64,000 nucleotides of DNA. It comes from an uncultured Candidatus Saccharibacteria bacterium (GTDB lineage: Bacteria > Patescibacteriota > Minisyncoccia > Minisyncoccales > Staskawiczbacteraceae). The position numbers and the translations under genes are program-made. The stretch covers positions 5,746 through 69,745 of the forward strand of contig CAYRHW010000005.1 of the NCBI GenBank assembly GCA_964424305.1, given 5' to 3'. Below the pieces are notes generated by a model. That model saw nothing but the letters and a program-made list of their open reading frames with translations. It did not search any database and had not been told where the DNA came from. The stretch's first letter is position 1. The number at the start of each line of letters is the position of its first letter. Below, one piece after another: positions 49,088 to 58,426 of this stretch.

Positions 49088-49588
49088 TTACTTGCGACGG
49101 GAGAAAACGAAGCGATAATCGCCAGCCCAGGCGCTGCCGGGGCTGTCACAATAGCCGTCGAGCCACAGGCCATCGTCATCGCGCCCCACGCCGAACAACC
49201 TGAGGCTGCCATCCGAACCGGTAATCGGCTCCGTGCCGATCACCAGCCACTCTCCCTTGGGCTGATCCGCGTACTGCAGACGGAGCTGGAGGGCGACCTC
49301 GGGTGCGCAAAGTTGGAGACCACGTGATTTGGCACGGGCGTAGATGTCCTCCCTCTTAGCTCCATCCTTGAAAGTGAAACGGGCGACGGTGACGACGACG
49401 AGGTCCACTTCGGTTCCCTCGGTGGCTACCGTGAGACCGACCTTTTTGAGGATGTCATCGGCCCAGTCGCCGATCTTCATTCCGCCAGCCTCGATGGCCT
49501 GGCGGAATTCATCAACGGTTTTGGGACCGGTGCCGAGCTTCACAGTCTTGAAGACCCTGAAGCTGTAGCCACCTTTCTTCTGCCTCAT
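49088..49588 (-). CDS. GC-rich orphan: hypothetical cytoplasmic protein (166 aa)
   Basis: Track ORF with a GAAAGGA RBS. I recognise no motif and see no TM helix or signal peptide. Confidence 0.55.
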   Translation of the reverse strand: MRQKKGGYSFRVFKTVKLGTGPKTVDEFRQAIEAGGMKIGDWADDILKKVGLTVATEGTEVDLVVVTVARFTFKDGAKREDIYARAKSRGLQLCAPEVALQLRLQYADQPKGEWLVIGTEPITGSDGSLRLFGVGRDDDGLWLDGYCDSPGSAWAGDYRFVFSRRK

Positions 49589-49654
49589 GGCACACGTCCT
49601 TTCTTCGTCTGTTCGCCAAGAAATTACCTCTACCCGAGGTTAAGGGGCTGACCG

Positions 49655-49711
49655 TAGCAGTCATAGCCAGAAAGCACCAAACTCCTATTAGTACCTTTTG
49701 GCTATGACTGC
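49655..49711. repeat. 14-bp perfect inverted repeat upstream of the island-5 gene
   Basis: AGCAGTCATAGCCA (49655-49668) and TGGCTATGACTGCT (49698-49711) are separated by 29 nt. Confidence 0.8.
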
Positions 49712-49848
49712 TGGATCGCAAGTAAAATTGGATATTAAAGTACAGTTTTTATTGAGCTTTTATTATGCCACTACTAAAACACAACGTCAATCGTTTACGC
49801 CCGAAAATAAAGGTGGTAAGATTAAAAATACTATTCTTAATAAAAAAC

Positions 49849-51597
49849 ATGGCAGACAACATAGAAACAATAAGACACTCCTTGGCTCACATCATGGCTA
49901 GCGCCATACAAGAAATCTATCCAAAAGCAAAATTTGGAATCGGTCCAGCAGTAGAATCCGGCTTTTATTACGACATCGAGCTACCCTCTGCAATAATGCC
50001 AGAGGATTTAGCCAAGATAGAGGTTAAGATGCAAGAGTTGATCAAAAAAGACATCAAGTTCAAGAAATCAAAAGTTTCAAAGATAAAAGCGAAGAAAATA
50101 TTTGCTAAACAGCCGTATAAGCTGGAGTTGATAAAAGAACTGAAGGAAAAGGAAGTTACTATTTACGAATCAGGAAGTTTTGTGGATCTCTGTCGTGGCC
50201 CCCATGTTAAATCTACTAAAGAAATCCCGAATGACGGGTTTAAGTTAACTAAAATTGCTGGAGCCTACTGGAAAGGAAACGAAAAGAATAAAATGTTGAC
50301 CAGAATATACGGAGTAGCATTTTTGAGTAAGAAAGAACTTAACGACTATCTAACAACTCAAGCTGAAGCTGAAAAAAGAGACCACCGGAAACTTGGAGAA
50401 AAACTTAAGATTTTCATATTCAGCGAATTAGTTGGCCCCGGCCTTCCTCTGTGGCTGCCCAATGGAACAGTAATAATTGAAGAATTGGAAACGCTAGCAA
50501 AACACATGGAGAAGTCTGCTGGATATCTCCAGGTTAGGACCCCACACATTGCCAAAGAGATAATGTATAAGACTTCGGGGCACCTCCCCTACTATGCCGA
50601 CTCCATGTTCCCACCAATGGTTTTACAAGAAGATGGCCAAAAGACTGTCTATTATTTAAAAGCGATGAATTGCCCACATCACCACCAGATATATGGTTCT
50701 GAAACTAGAAGCTATCGCGACTTACCAGTGAGGCTATCTGAATACGGCACATGCTACAGGTATGAAAAAAGCGGAGAGCTATTCGGATTAATGCGCGTTA
50801 GATCAATGCAAATGAATGATGCCCACATTTATTGCACCGAAGACCAATTCTCCACGGAATTCATGGCTGTTATTAAGCTGTACCTAGAATACTTTAAAAT
50901 ATTCGGAATAGAAAAATACGTCATGCGACTAAGCACTCACAGCAAAGAGGGGCTTGGAAAGAAATACATTGATAATGAAAAATTATGGAAGAAAACTGAG
51001 GCAATGGTGCGGGATGTAATGACTAAAGAAAAAATCCCTTTTGTAGAAGTTCCCAATGAAGCTGCCTTTTACGGTCCAAAGATAGACGTCCAAATTTGGA
51101 ATGCTATCGGCCGCGAGTTTACCTTGGCAACCAACCAAGTAGACTTTGCAGTACCAGCACGATTCAATCTCACATACATTGATAAAGATGGAAAGGAGAA
51201 AACTCCAATATGTATTCATCGGGCACCACTTAGCACGCACGAAAGAATGATTGGCTTCTTAATCGAACACTATGCAGGGGCCTTCCCCCTATGGCTATCC
51301 CCTTCTCAAGTTTGTATCATCCCAATAAGCGAAAAACACAAAGACTACGCCAGTAAGATTAAAAATGAGTTAGCTAAAAATGGAATAAGGACAATCTTGA
51401 AGGACGAGAACGAAACATTGGGCAAAAAGATTAGAGAGGCAGAAATGCAAAAGATTCCCTACCTTTTAATTATTGGCGATAAAGAAATCCAAGCTGAATC
51501 AGTGGCCGTAAGACAGAGGAGTAAGGGAGATATTGGTATGACAAAACTTTCCGATTTTATTGAAAAAATTAAAAAGGAAATTAAAGAAAAAATTTAA
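49849..51597 (+). CDS. thrS: threonyl-tRNA synthetase
   Basis: Start at MADNIETIRHSLAHIMA. Contains the class II motifs RDHRKLG, YYLKAMNCPHH and FGLMRVRSMQMNDAH, plus a C-terminal anticodon-binding domain. Confidence 0.9.
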   Translation: MADNIETIRHSLAHIMASAIQEIYPKAKFGIGPAVESGFYYDIELPSAIMPEDLAKIEVKMQELIKKDIKFKKSKVSKIKAKKIFAKQPYKLELIKELKEKEVTIYESGSFVDLCRGPHVKSTKEIPNDGFKLTKIAGAYWKGNEKNKMLTRIYGVAFLSKKELNDYLTTQAEAEKRDHRKLGEKLKIFIFSELVGPGLPLWLPNGTVIIEELETLAKHMEKSAGYLQVRTPHIAKEIMYKTSGHLPYYADSMFPPMVLQEDGQKTVYYLKAMNCPHHHQIYGSETRSYRDLPVRLSEYGTCYRYEKSGELFGLMRVRSMQMNDAHIYCTEDQFSTEFMAVIKLYLEYFKIFGIEKYVMRLSTHSKEGLGKKYIDNEKLWKKTEAMVRDVMTKEKIPFVEVPNEAAFYGPKIDVQIWNAIGREFTLATNQVDFAVPARFNLTYIDKDGKEKTPICIHRAPLSTHERMIGFLIEHYAGAFPLWLSPSQVCIIPISEKHKDYASKIKNELAKNGIRTILKDENETLGKKIREAEMQKIPYLLIIGDKEIQAESVAVRQRSKGDIGMTKLSDFIEKIKKEIKEKI

Positions 51598-53225
51598 TGA
51601 CCCAATTATCTCAAGCAACGAAAAACCTTCTTTTACAATATCAAACTGGCGATAAAGCTAGCCAGTTAAAAGATGGTGCGATAACAATCCACGTAGATGA
51701 AGTGGCAGCAAAGGTTGCTGTTTTCTATGAGAGGATCCGCGGGATTATCGACTGGAGAGAAGAGCACCTTTTAAAAAGGGGGGCCATCGAAAGAATGTTG
51801 AAAAGAAGGGTCATGGTTGGCTTAGATACATTAAAAGAAGAAAACACTCGTGAATCGGTTGCTGAGCCATTGGTTCTAGAATTAATCAGGGGTGGACATT
51901 ATCCGAACGACCAAATCCCAGAATCAAAAATATCCGATGTCCAAAAAGCGCTTGATAAGTATATATTTATTCTAAAAAACACTCCCCAGGCAGAAAATGG
52001 CCAAGAAGCCATGAAGTTCTACAACTGGTTTCTATCAATCGCTTCTTGCGAGATAGAAGAAATACTGAGTTCTTCTTACAAAGAAAGGGCTTTAATTGCT
52101 TTTATGTTTGAGTCGATGAAGGAAAAGATCGTCCTGAACGAAGGAGCAGTTGCCACAAAACCAGTGAAGGAAGATGAAAAGAATATTCAAATATACATTG
52201 CTGTCCAAAAGGCTCTTTTCAAACTCGACTCCCCGGTTATTGGATATCACTTGATAAAATATAAATACCCAAATTGGAAAACCATCAGCCAAGAAGAATT
52301 GCTCGAGGTTGCCAAGAACATGCTAACCCTAAGAAAAAAGATAGAAAGGAATATTAACCACCCGTTAGCTAATAAGTTTTACCAAATCTGCGAAAGGTAT
52401 GATACCCCCTATCTATTACTTGGGGATATAGTCTCCACGGATCCTCAGGGAAGTGAAGAGAAATTTTCAAAACCTGAGATTATAGAAGCGGAGATTAAGG
52501 ATGCGTACAATAAGAGAGTAAAAACTCTCAAAAACCGCTTGGCCAGGGCCGCCCTGTATGCCACCCTATCTATCTTCATTACTAAGATCATTGTGGGAAT
52601 GGCAATCGAAATTCCTATCGATAAATACATCACCCATGAGTATAATCTGCTTTCTCTTATTATAAACATCATCATCCCTCCCGTCTTAATGTATTTATTG
52701 GTAAGTACGATTAAAGTTCCGGGCAGAGAAAATCTAGAGAGAGCTGTATTAGAAACGATGAAGATAATCCACCAAACTGAGAAGAAAGATGTTTACGAAA
52801 TAAAAACATTTAAGGCACGAAAGAGTTTCGTCATTTCTGGGGCCATCAATTTCATCTATATCCTCACCTTTGCGCTAACACTAAGTTTAATAATTTACAT
52901 TTTGCGTGGCTTAAAATTCTCCCCACTTTCAATAATAATCTTTGTTTTATTCACCTCCCTAATCGCCTTTACTGGAACCCGCATCAGACAGAGATCCAAA
53001 GAGCTAGAAATTATCGAGGAGAAAGAAGGATTCTTCAACATGATCCTTGATCTATTCGCTATACCATTGGTAGAAGTGGGAAAATGGCTGACTCAAAAGT
53101 GGCAAAAATATAACTTTATCTCCGCCCTATTCAATATACTAATCGATATGCCATTTATGGTTTTCATAGAGTTTATCGAACAATGGCGCTACTTCCTAAA
53201 AGAGAAAAAGGAAAAAATACAATAA
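51597..53225 (+). CDS. membrane protein (542 aa; soluble N-terminal half, about five C-terminal TM helices), unknown function
   Basis: Track ORF. Its ATG overlaps the thrS stop (TAATG), which suggests translational coupling. Confidence 0.55.
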   Translation: MTQLSQATKNLLLQYQTGDKASQLKDGAITIHVDEVAAKVAVFYERIRGIIDWREEHLLKRGAIERMLKRRVMVGLDTLKEENTRESVAEPLVLELIRGGHYPNDQIPESKISDVQKALDKYIFILKNTPQAENGQEAMKFYNWFLSIASCEIEEILSSSYKERALIAFMFESMKEKIVLNEGAVATKPVKEDEKNIQIYIAVQKALFKLDSPVIGYHLIKYKYPNWKTISQEELLEVAKNMLTLRKKIERNINHPLANKFYQICERYDTPYLLLGDIVSTDPQGSEEKFSKPEIIEAEIKDAYNKRVKTLKNRLARAALYATLSIFITKIIVGMAIEIPIDKYITHEYNLLSLIINIIIPPVLMYLLVSTIKVPGRENLERAVLETMKIIHQTEKKDVYEIKTFKARKSFVISGAINFIYILTFALTLSLIIYILRGLKFSPLSIIIFVLFTSLIAFTGTRIRQRSKELEIIEEKEGFFNMILDLFAIPLVEVGKWLTQKWQKYNFISALFNILIDMPFMVFIEFIEQWRYFLKEKKEKIQ

Positions 53226-53235
53226 TATTTAAAAG

Positions 53236-54531
53236 ATGAAAACACTACAAATATTTTTACTTTTTGCGATACTCTTTTCCGGGGCAGCTCTGTCTTCGGG
53301 TGTTTTTGCTCAAGAGCTATCCCAAGGCATAACCATAGATTCTGCTACTGCAGCTCTACAATTCCAAATCAAAATTCCTACACTCCTTCCAAATAATCCG
53401 TTCTATTTCCTAAAAGAAATCGGCAGGGGTATTCAATCCATTTTTACCTTCGATAAAATTAAGCAAGCCGAATTAAATGAAAGATTTTCCAACGAAAAAC
53501 TAGTAGAGCTTCAGAAACTAATAGAGAACAACGTTTCCCAAAGTACCATCGATAAATCTGCCGATTTATATAAGAAAGCGGTGGAAAAATCTGAAAACTA
53601 TCTAGCCCAAATAAAAGACGAGATAACCGGAAATCCAAATCTAAATGGTCTTTTGGAGAAATTCACAATCCAACAACCAGTGCAAGAACAAGTAATTAAA
53701 AAAGTAGAGGGAATAATCCCCCAGCAGACAGCCCAGAACATAAAGGGCTTGATGACCGAAAAAATTAGAACGATTGATAGCCTTAGGAATTGCCCACTGA
53801 TTGCTCAGCCCGCCCCAACTTTTTGCTTAAACGGAGAAATCAAACCCAAAAATAGCTCCATAGGATGTATAACATCCTATGAATGTAGCACGAATAGTAA
53901 CAATGATAGCGAAGAAGTCTGCGTTCCCACCTGTCTGAATATAGGGACTGGAGTAGAGGGTTGGTATAATTCCTGTGACAAAGAATTGATTAAATACGGC
54001 AGTTGTAAAAATTGTCGAGCAATTTGCAAAAACATTGGGACCACGCTGGAAGGACAATACAACTCCTGTACCGGTGAATTAATCAAATGGACGACATGTA
54101 GTCAGAAACCGGAGGTTTGCACACAAGAAGTTAATCCTGTCTGTGGTAAAAATAAAAAAACATATAACAATGAATGCCTATTAAAAAACGCGGGCGAGGA
54201 ACTGGACTATAAAGGAGGATGCAAGGCAGAGTGCGCAAAAGATGGTGATTGTCCAACTATTTATTGTATTAAAGCCCCTTGCCCCAAGAATAGATGCCTT
54301 AGCGAAAAATGCAGATTAACAGAATGCGTAAAAGATAGCGATTGCCTTCGGGACGGACCAATAGATACAGTAAAAGTATGCTCTAACTATAAATGCATTA
54401 GCACAAACGCTTCCCCCGCGCCAGGCACTATTAATAATGGGAACTCGGCTGCAAACAATAATCTACTTGAGCCAGAGGAAGGATCTTCCTACGAAGAAGT
54501 CCCCTTCGTAGATACTGGGGCACGAGAGTAA
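53236..54531 (+). CDS. secreted Cys-rich protein containing a Kazal-type inhibitor domain
   Basis: The signal peptide is MKTLQIFLLFAILFSGAALSSGVFA. The Kazal-like core is CTQEVNPVCGKNKKTYNNECLLKNAGEELDYKGGC. Duplicated modules are C..IGTGVEGWYNSCDKELIKYGSC and C.NIGTTLEGQYNSCTGELIKWTTC. Confidence 0.65.
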   Translation: MKTLQIFLLFAILFSGAALSSGVFAQELSQGITIDSATAALQFQIKIPTLLPNNPFYFLKEIGRGIQSIFTFDKIKQAELNERFSNEKLVELQKLIENNVSQSTIDKSADLYKKAVEKSENYLAQIKDEITGNPNLNGLLEKFTIQQPVQEQVIKKVEGIIPQQTAQNIKGLMTEKIRTIDSLRNCPLIAQPAPTFCLNGEIKPKNSSIGCITSYECSTNSNNDSEEVCVPTCLNIGTGVEGWYNSCDKELIKYGSCKNCRAICKNIGTTLEGQYNSCTGELIKWTTCSQKPEVCTQEVNPVCGKNKKTYNNECLLKNAGEELDYKGGCKAECAKDGDCPTIYCIKAPCPKNRCLSEKCRLTECVKDSDCLRDGPIDTVKVCSNYKCISTNASPAPGTINNGNSAANNNLLEPEEGSSYEEVPFVDTGARE

Positions 54532-55788
54532 ATGGTTAAAAAATACCACATAATCACATATGGCTGCCAAATGAACCATAGCGACTCCGAAAGAGTCGCT
54601 ACTGTTTTGGGAACACTTAAATACAAAGAAACTCCTAAGACAAGCGAAGCTGACCTAATCGTTGTAAATATGTGCTCCGTGAGACAATCGGCAGTTGACC
54701 GCATACTATCTCTCAGAAAAGAGTTTGATAAACTCAGAATAGCTAAACCAAAATTAATCACCATACTCACTGGGTGCTATCTATTTAAAGATAAATTAAA
54801 ATTTTTAAGAATTTTCGACCAAATATTGCCAATTGAAAAAATTGGGGAAATAACAAAAATATTAGGAAAAGATTTTAAATTTAGTAAAGACTACTTAAAC
54901 ATACAGCCGACGTATTTGAGTAAATTCTCTGCCGTGATTCCCATAATGACTGGCTGTAACAATTTTTGCACCTATTGTGTCGTCCCCCATACTCGGGGAC
55001 CAGAAGTTTCAAAATCGGCAAAAAAATTGGTTATTGAGATAAAGGATCTAATCAAGCATGGCTACAAAGAAATATGGCTGATGGGACAGAACGTGAATTC
55101 CTACAAGGATGGTGATACCAACTTCCCCAAATTACTAAAAAGGATAGACGATATCCCAGGAGATTTCTGGATCAGATTTACTTCTTCTCACCCGAAGAAT
55201 TTTTCCGACAAACTAATTGAAACAATGGCAAGGGGTAAAAAAATTACTGAGTATTTAAACCTACCAGTGCAAGCCGGCTCAGACAGAATTTTAAAGATGA
55301 TGAATCGGCCATATACTATTAAACAATACGAGGGTATGGTTAAAAAAGTTCGCAAAATAATCCCGGATATAACCGTCTCGACGGATATTATTGTTGGCTT
55401 CCCAGGAGAAACGCAAAAAGATTTTAATGATAGCCTAAACCTATTTAAAACCATAAAATACGACATGGCATACATATCCGAATATTCGGCCAGGGCAGGC
55501 ACCGTCGCCTCAAAGATGAAAGATGCTGTTTCGAAAGAAGAGAAAACCAAAAGAAAGTTTTTAATTAATGAGGCGCTGAAGAAAACTGCTCAAGAAAAAA
55601 ATGAAAAATTTGTTGGCCGAATAGTGCTAGCATTAATTGATAGAAAAGACCACAAAAATAATTGGGTTGGAAAAACGAGAGAATATAAGACTATCGTGAT
55701 AGAATCAAATAAAAATTTAATGGGGAAATTCGTTAAAACAAAAATAGTCGATTCTTCTCCATGGGGACTAAGGGGAGAATTAATATAA
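54532..55788 (+). CDS. miaB: tRNA methylthiotransferase MiaB (radical SAM)
   Basis: Contains YHIITYGCQMNHSDSE, the radical-SAM motif GCNNFCTYCVVP and a C-terminal TRAM domain. It lies upstream of miaA. Confidence 0.8.
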   Translation: MVKKYHIITYGCQMNHSDSERVATVLGTLKYKETPKTSEADLIVVNMCSVRQSAVDRILSLRKEFDKLRIAKPKLITILTGCYLFKDKLKFLRIFDQILPIEKIGEITKILGKDFKFSKDYLNIQPTYLSKFSAVIPIMTGCNNFCTYCVVPHTRGPEVSKSAKKLVIEIKDLIKHGYKEIWLMGQNVNSYKDGDTNFPKLLKRIDDIPGDFWIRFTSSHPKNFSDKLIETMARGKKITEYLNLPVQAGSDRILKMMNRPYTIKQYEGMVKKVRKIIPDITVSTDIIVGFPGETQKDFNDSLNLFKTIKYDMAYISEYSARAGTVASKMKDAVSKEEKTKRKFLINEALKKTAQEKNEKFVGRIVLALIDRKDHKNNWVGKTREYKTIVIESNKNLMGKFVKTKIVDSSPWGLRGELI

Positions 55789-56684
55789 TGCAGAAACTAA
55801 TAGTTATCTTGGGGCCAACGGCTTCCGGGAAAACCAGCCTATCAATTAAACTCGCCAAAAAGTTCAATGGGGAGATAATTTCGGCTGATTCACGACAGGT
55901 ATATAAAGGTATGGATATTGGGACCGGCAAAGTTACAAAAAAGGAGATGCAGGGTGTCCCCCACTATTTACTTAATGTAGTTTCACCAAAAGTAATTTTT
56001 GATGTTACCCAATTTAAAAAATTAGCAGATAAAGCAATCTCCAACATCTATAATAAAAACAGAATCCCGTTCCTTGTCGGTGGCACTGGTTTTTACATAC
56101 AGACCGTAACTGACAATATAGTGTTGCCGAATGTGAAACCAGATTGGAAACTACGGAAAAAACTAGAAAAAAAATCAGTAGTAGAATTGCACAAAATGCT
56201 GGGCAAACTAGACCCAAGAAGGGCGAAGACCATTGATAAAAACAACCCTAGGCGCCTAATAAGGGCCCTAGAAATCGTCATTAAATCAAAAGGGCCCGTC
56301 AGCCCATTGTCCCCCCAAAAACCCAATTTTAGCACCCTATTTCTGGGGGTTAAAAGAAATGATAAAGAACTAAAAGGATTAATTAAAAAAAGGCTAATTG
56401 AGAGACTGAAGTCTGGGATGGTAAAAGAGATAACAAACCTCCACAAATCCGGTGTTTCCTGGGGGCGCCTTGAAGAATTTGGTTTAGAATATCGATACAT
56501 TACTCAATATCTACAGGGAAAACTTGATTACGACGAGATGGTAGATAGATTGCAAAAAGAGATTGAACATTATGCTAAAAGACAAATGACTTGGTTTAAA
56601 AGAAATAACAGGATAAAATGGGTTAAAGAGTATAAAGAAGCAGAGAGAAGGTGCAAAACCTTCCTATTGACAAACAAGAAATAA
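55788..56684 (+). CDS. miaA: tRNA dimethylallyltransferase
   Basis: Begins MQKLIVILGPTASGKTSLSIKLAKKFNGEIISADSRQVYKGMDIGTGK. The start overlaps the miaB stop (TAATG). Confidence 0.9.
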   Translation: MQKLIVILGPTASGKTSLSIKLAKKFNGEIISADSRQVYKGMDIGTGKVTKKEMQGVPHYLLNVVSPKVIFDVTQFKKLADKAISNIYNKNRIPFLVGGTGFYIQTVTDNIVLPNVKPDWKLRKKLEKKSVVELHKMLGKLDPRRAKTIDKNNPRRLIRALEIVIKSKGPVSPLSPQKPNFSTLFLGVKRNDKELKGLIKKRLIERLKSGMVKEITNLHKSGVSWGRLEEFGLEYRYITQYLQGKLDYDEMVDRLQKEIEHYAKRQMTWFKRNNRIKWVKEYKEAERRCKTFLLTNKK

Positions 56685-56694
56685 GTGCTATAAT
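56667..56694 (+). promoter_or_regulatory. sigma70-type promoter of the first island-6 gene (its -35 lies inside the last miaA codons)
   Basis: TTGACA (56667-56672), a 16-nt spacer, then TGCTATAAT (-10 at 56689-56694). Confidence 0.55.
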
Positions 56695-56745
56695 TAGTCT
56701 AGTGGTCAACCATTTCCCCCAACCCCTGTGTGAAGGAGCACGAGC

Positions 56746-56991
56746 ATGAAAATGGCAAAAAGGACGTTCGTAAAAGGCTTGATGACCTGGATCGCTCTCC
56801 TGCTAATCATCGCAGGGATCGCCGGGGGCGTCGAGTCCTTCTTTGTACGAGGCCCCGGAGGGCTCATCTGGCTACTCGGGAGCCTCCTCTGTCTCGGAGT
56901 GGCCTGGATCGTCCAGGTCAAAAGGGACAAGATCTCCCTCTACAAGGACCTCAGAAATTCTCGTTTTGAGGAGAGATTTCTCCCAAGGTGA
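56746..56991 (+). CDS. GC-rich orphan: small 2-TM membrane protein (81 aa)
   Basis: GAAGGAG lies 7 nt upstream. The TM helices are LMTWIALLLIIAGIAGGV and LIWLLGSLLCLGVAWIV. Confidence 0.6.
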   Translation: MKMAKRTFVKGLMTWIALLLIIAGIAGGVESFFVRGPGGLIWLLGSLLCLGVAWIVQVKRDKISLYKDLRNSRFEERFLPR

Positions 56992-57061
56992 CTGATGCAA
57001 CTGCGTCAGACACACGGGGCTGCACTACGGTGTGGCCCTGTTTCTTTACACTTTTCTACTG

Positions 57062-57091
57062 TTGACAATATGCAACTATGTATGTCATAAT
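57062..57091 (+). promoter_or_regulatory. sigma70-type promoter of the second island-6 gene
   Basis: TTGACA (57062-57067), a 17-18-nt spacer, then TCATAAT. Confidence 0.5.
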
Positions 57092-57161
57092 CGGAATAGA
57101 CGGTGAGGAGCGTTTCCCATCGTCGGAAATATTGAGGAACGTTGAAATCAAGGAGCAAACC

Positions 57162-57482
57162 ATGTTGCGAATTAGAAACGCGATTTTCTGGTATGGGATA
57201 ACGACAGCGCTCTTTCTTCTGGCTGTTGGAGGCATCTTCGCCTTCATCGGGATGAAGATGGAAGAACTCCTGTTCTGCCGGTTCGCCGATTGTAGCCTGT
57301 TTCTGGGCATCTACGTGGCAATCGGCATTCTGCTGGCGACCGGGCTCATCGAGATCTTCCGTCGCTGCTATAGGCGATACGCCACAGCCAGGGCGGAGGC
57401 GGAAAAAAGGTTCCTCCGCCGCCTTGCCCGCAATCAAGCGGCTTGGGAACGGGATGCCAATCGCAATTACGACCCCCTTTAG
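57162..57482 (+). CDS. GC-rich orphan: small 2-TM membrane protein with Arg-rich tail (106 aa)
   Basis: Start at MLRIRNAIFWYGITTALFLLAVGGIFAF with AAGGAG 6 nt upstream. The track start 57078 lies upstream of the predicted transcription start. Confidence 0.6.
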   Translation: MLRIRNAIFWYGITTALFLLAVGGIFAFIGMKMEELLFCRFADCSLFLGIYVAIGILLATGLIEIFRRCYRRYATARAEAEKRFLRRLARNQAAWERDANRNYDPL

Positions 57483-57503
57483 GGGGAGGGCTCAAACAAG
57501 CCA

Positions 57504-57540
57504 AGGTCACACCGTCATCATACGAGTGTGACCTTTTGCT
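57504..57540 (+). terminator. rho-independent terminator
   Basis: AGGTCACAC-(13 nt)-GTGTGACCT followed by TTTGCTTT. Confidence 0.7.
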
Positions 57541-57632
57541 TTAAGCAATTAACGTCTAGCAGATAATATGCTATAGTATAATCGCTTAAATTTCTTGTTT
57601 AAATCGCGCACCTTAAAATCGAGGAGAATCTC

Positions 57633-57863
57633 ATGGAGAAAGATAGAACATCGCTACGAGTGATCAATGAAAAGATTATGAACTTTTGGGGTCTATCAAC
57701 GGTTATCCTGCTGTTGATCGCAATTATCGCACTCTTAGCCGCTGCCCACACGGCTCTAATTTGGATTCTCCTATTTGTCCTATGCAAAAGTTTCCTTGCT
57801 AGTATCGCAACGACAATCCTACGTCTCTGCATATTTATCAATGAAAAACGCAAAAAAAACTAA
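57633..57863 (+). CDS. small 2-TM membrane protein (76 aa), N-terminus similar to the preceding gene
   Basis: GAGGAG lies 6 nt upstream. Compare LRVINEKIMNFWGLSTVILLLIAIIALL with LRIRNAIFWYGITTALFLLAVGGIFAF. Confidence 0.6.
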   Translation: MEKDRTSLRVINEKIMNFWGLSTVILLLIAIIALLAAAHTALIWILLFVLCKSFLASIATTILRLCIFINEKRKKN

Positions 57864-57867
57864 AGCG

Positions 57868-57898
57868 GCCACACCGTATGCACGGATGTGGCTTTTCT
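57868..57898 (+). terminator. rho-independent terminator
   Basis: GCCACACCG-TATGCA-CGGATGTGGC followed by TTTTCTCTT. Confidence 0.7.
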
Positions 57899-57970
57899 CT
57901 TGTCCTAATTAATCCCTAGATACTTCTGTCAGACAAGCCCCGTTTTATTGCCCTTTTTTATTACTTAATA

Positions 57971-58411
57971 TTAATTACTCCCCTCCGATGGAGGATATTC
58001 TTTCGAACATTCGAAGATTCCCTTTTTAGAGCCATCTGGCCAAATTTCTCCAACCCCCGCGCCACTGGTAATAAGGTGGAGACCGCTGGAGCACGTCGAG
58101 ATACATCCGCACACGCTAATAGATTCTCCGGGATACTCCCCCTGTGTTATTGACCTACAACCCCAGCTAGTACCAGTTCCACAACTTTTATAATCTGAAT
58201 TATCAGTCTTCAAATTGTCGGTTTGATTATTGTCTTTCGTAATTATGTCGTTAACAATCACATCGTTAACGGTCAAATTCGAATCATCCTTTATCGTATT
58301 CTCAGGATTCTGAATGTTATCCCCCACCGTTGGTACTTTTATCCCAGAAGAAACACTGGCCACGATAATAATCGCCAAGACGCCTACTATAATAATATAT
58401 TTGTTAATCAT
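57971..58411 (-). CDS. secreted/anchored Cys-rich protein (146 aa), Asn/Asp-rich linker
   Basis: N-terminal TM YIIIVGVLAIIIVASVSSG. The C-terminal module has eight Cys residues (CGTGTSWGCRS...CGCISTCSS...FEC). Confidence 0.55.
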   Translation of the reverse strand: MINKYIIIVGVLAIIIVASVSSGIKVPTVGDNIQNPENTIKDDSNLTVNDVIVNDIITKDNNQTDNLKTDNSDYKSCGTGTSWGCRSITQGEYPGESISVCGCISTCSSGLHLITSGAGVGEIWPDGSKKGIFECSKEYPPSEGSN

Positions 58412-58426
58412 TATTTTTATAATTAA

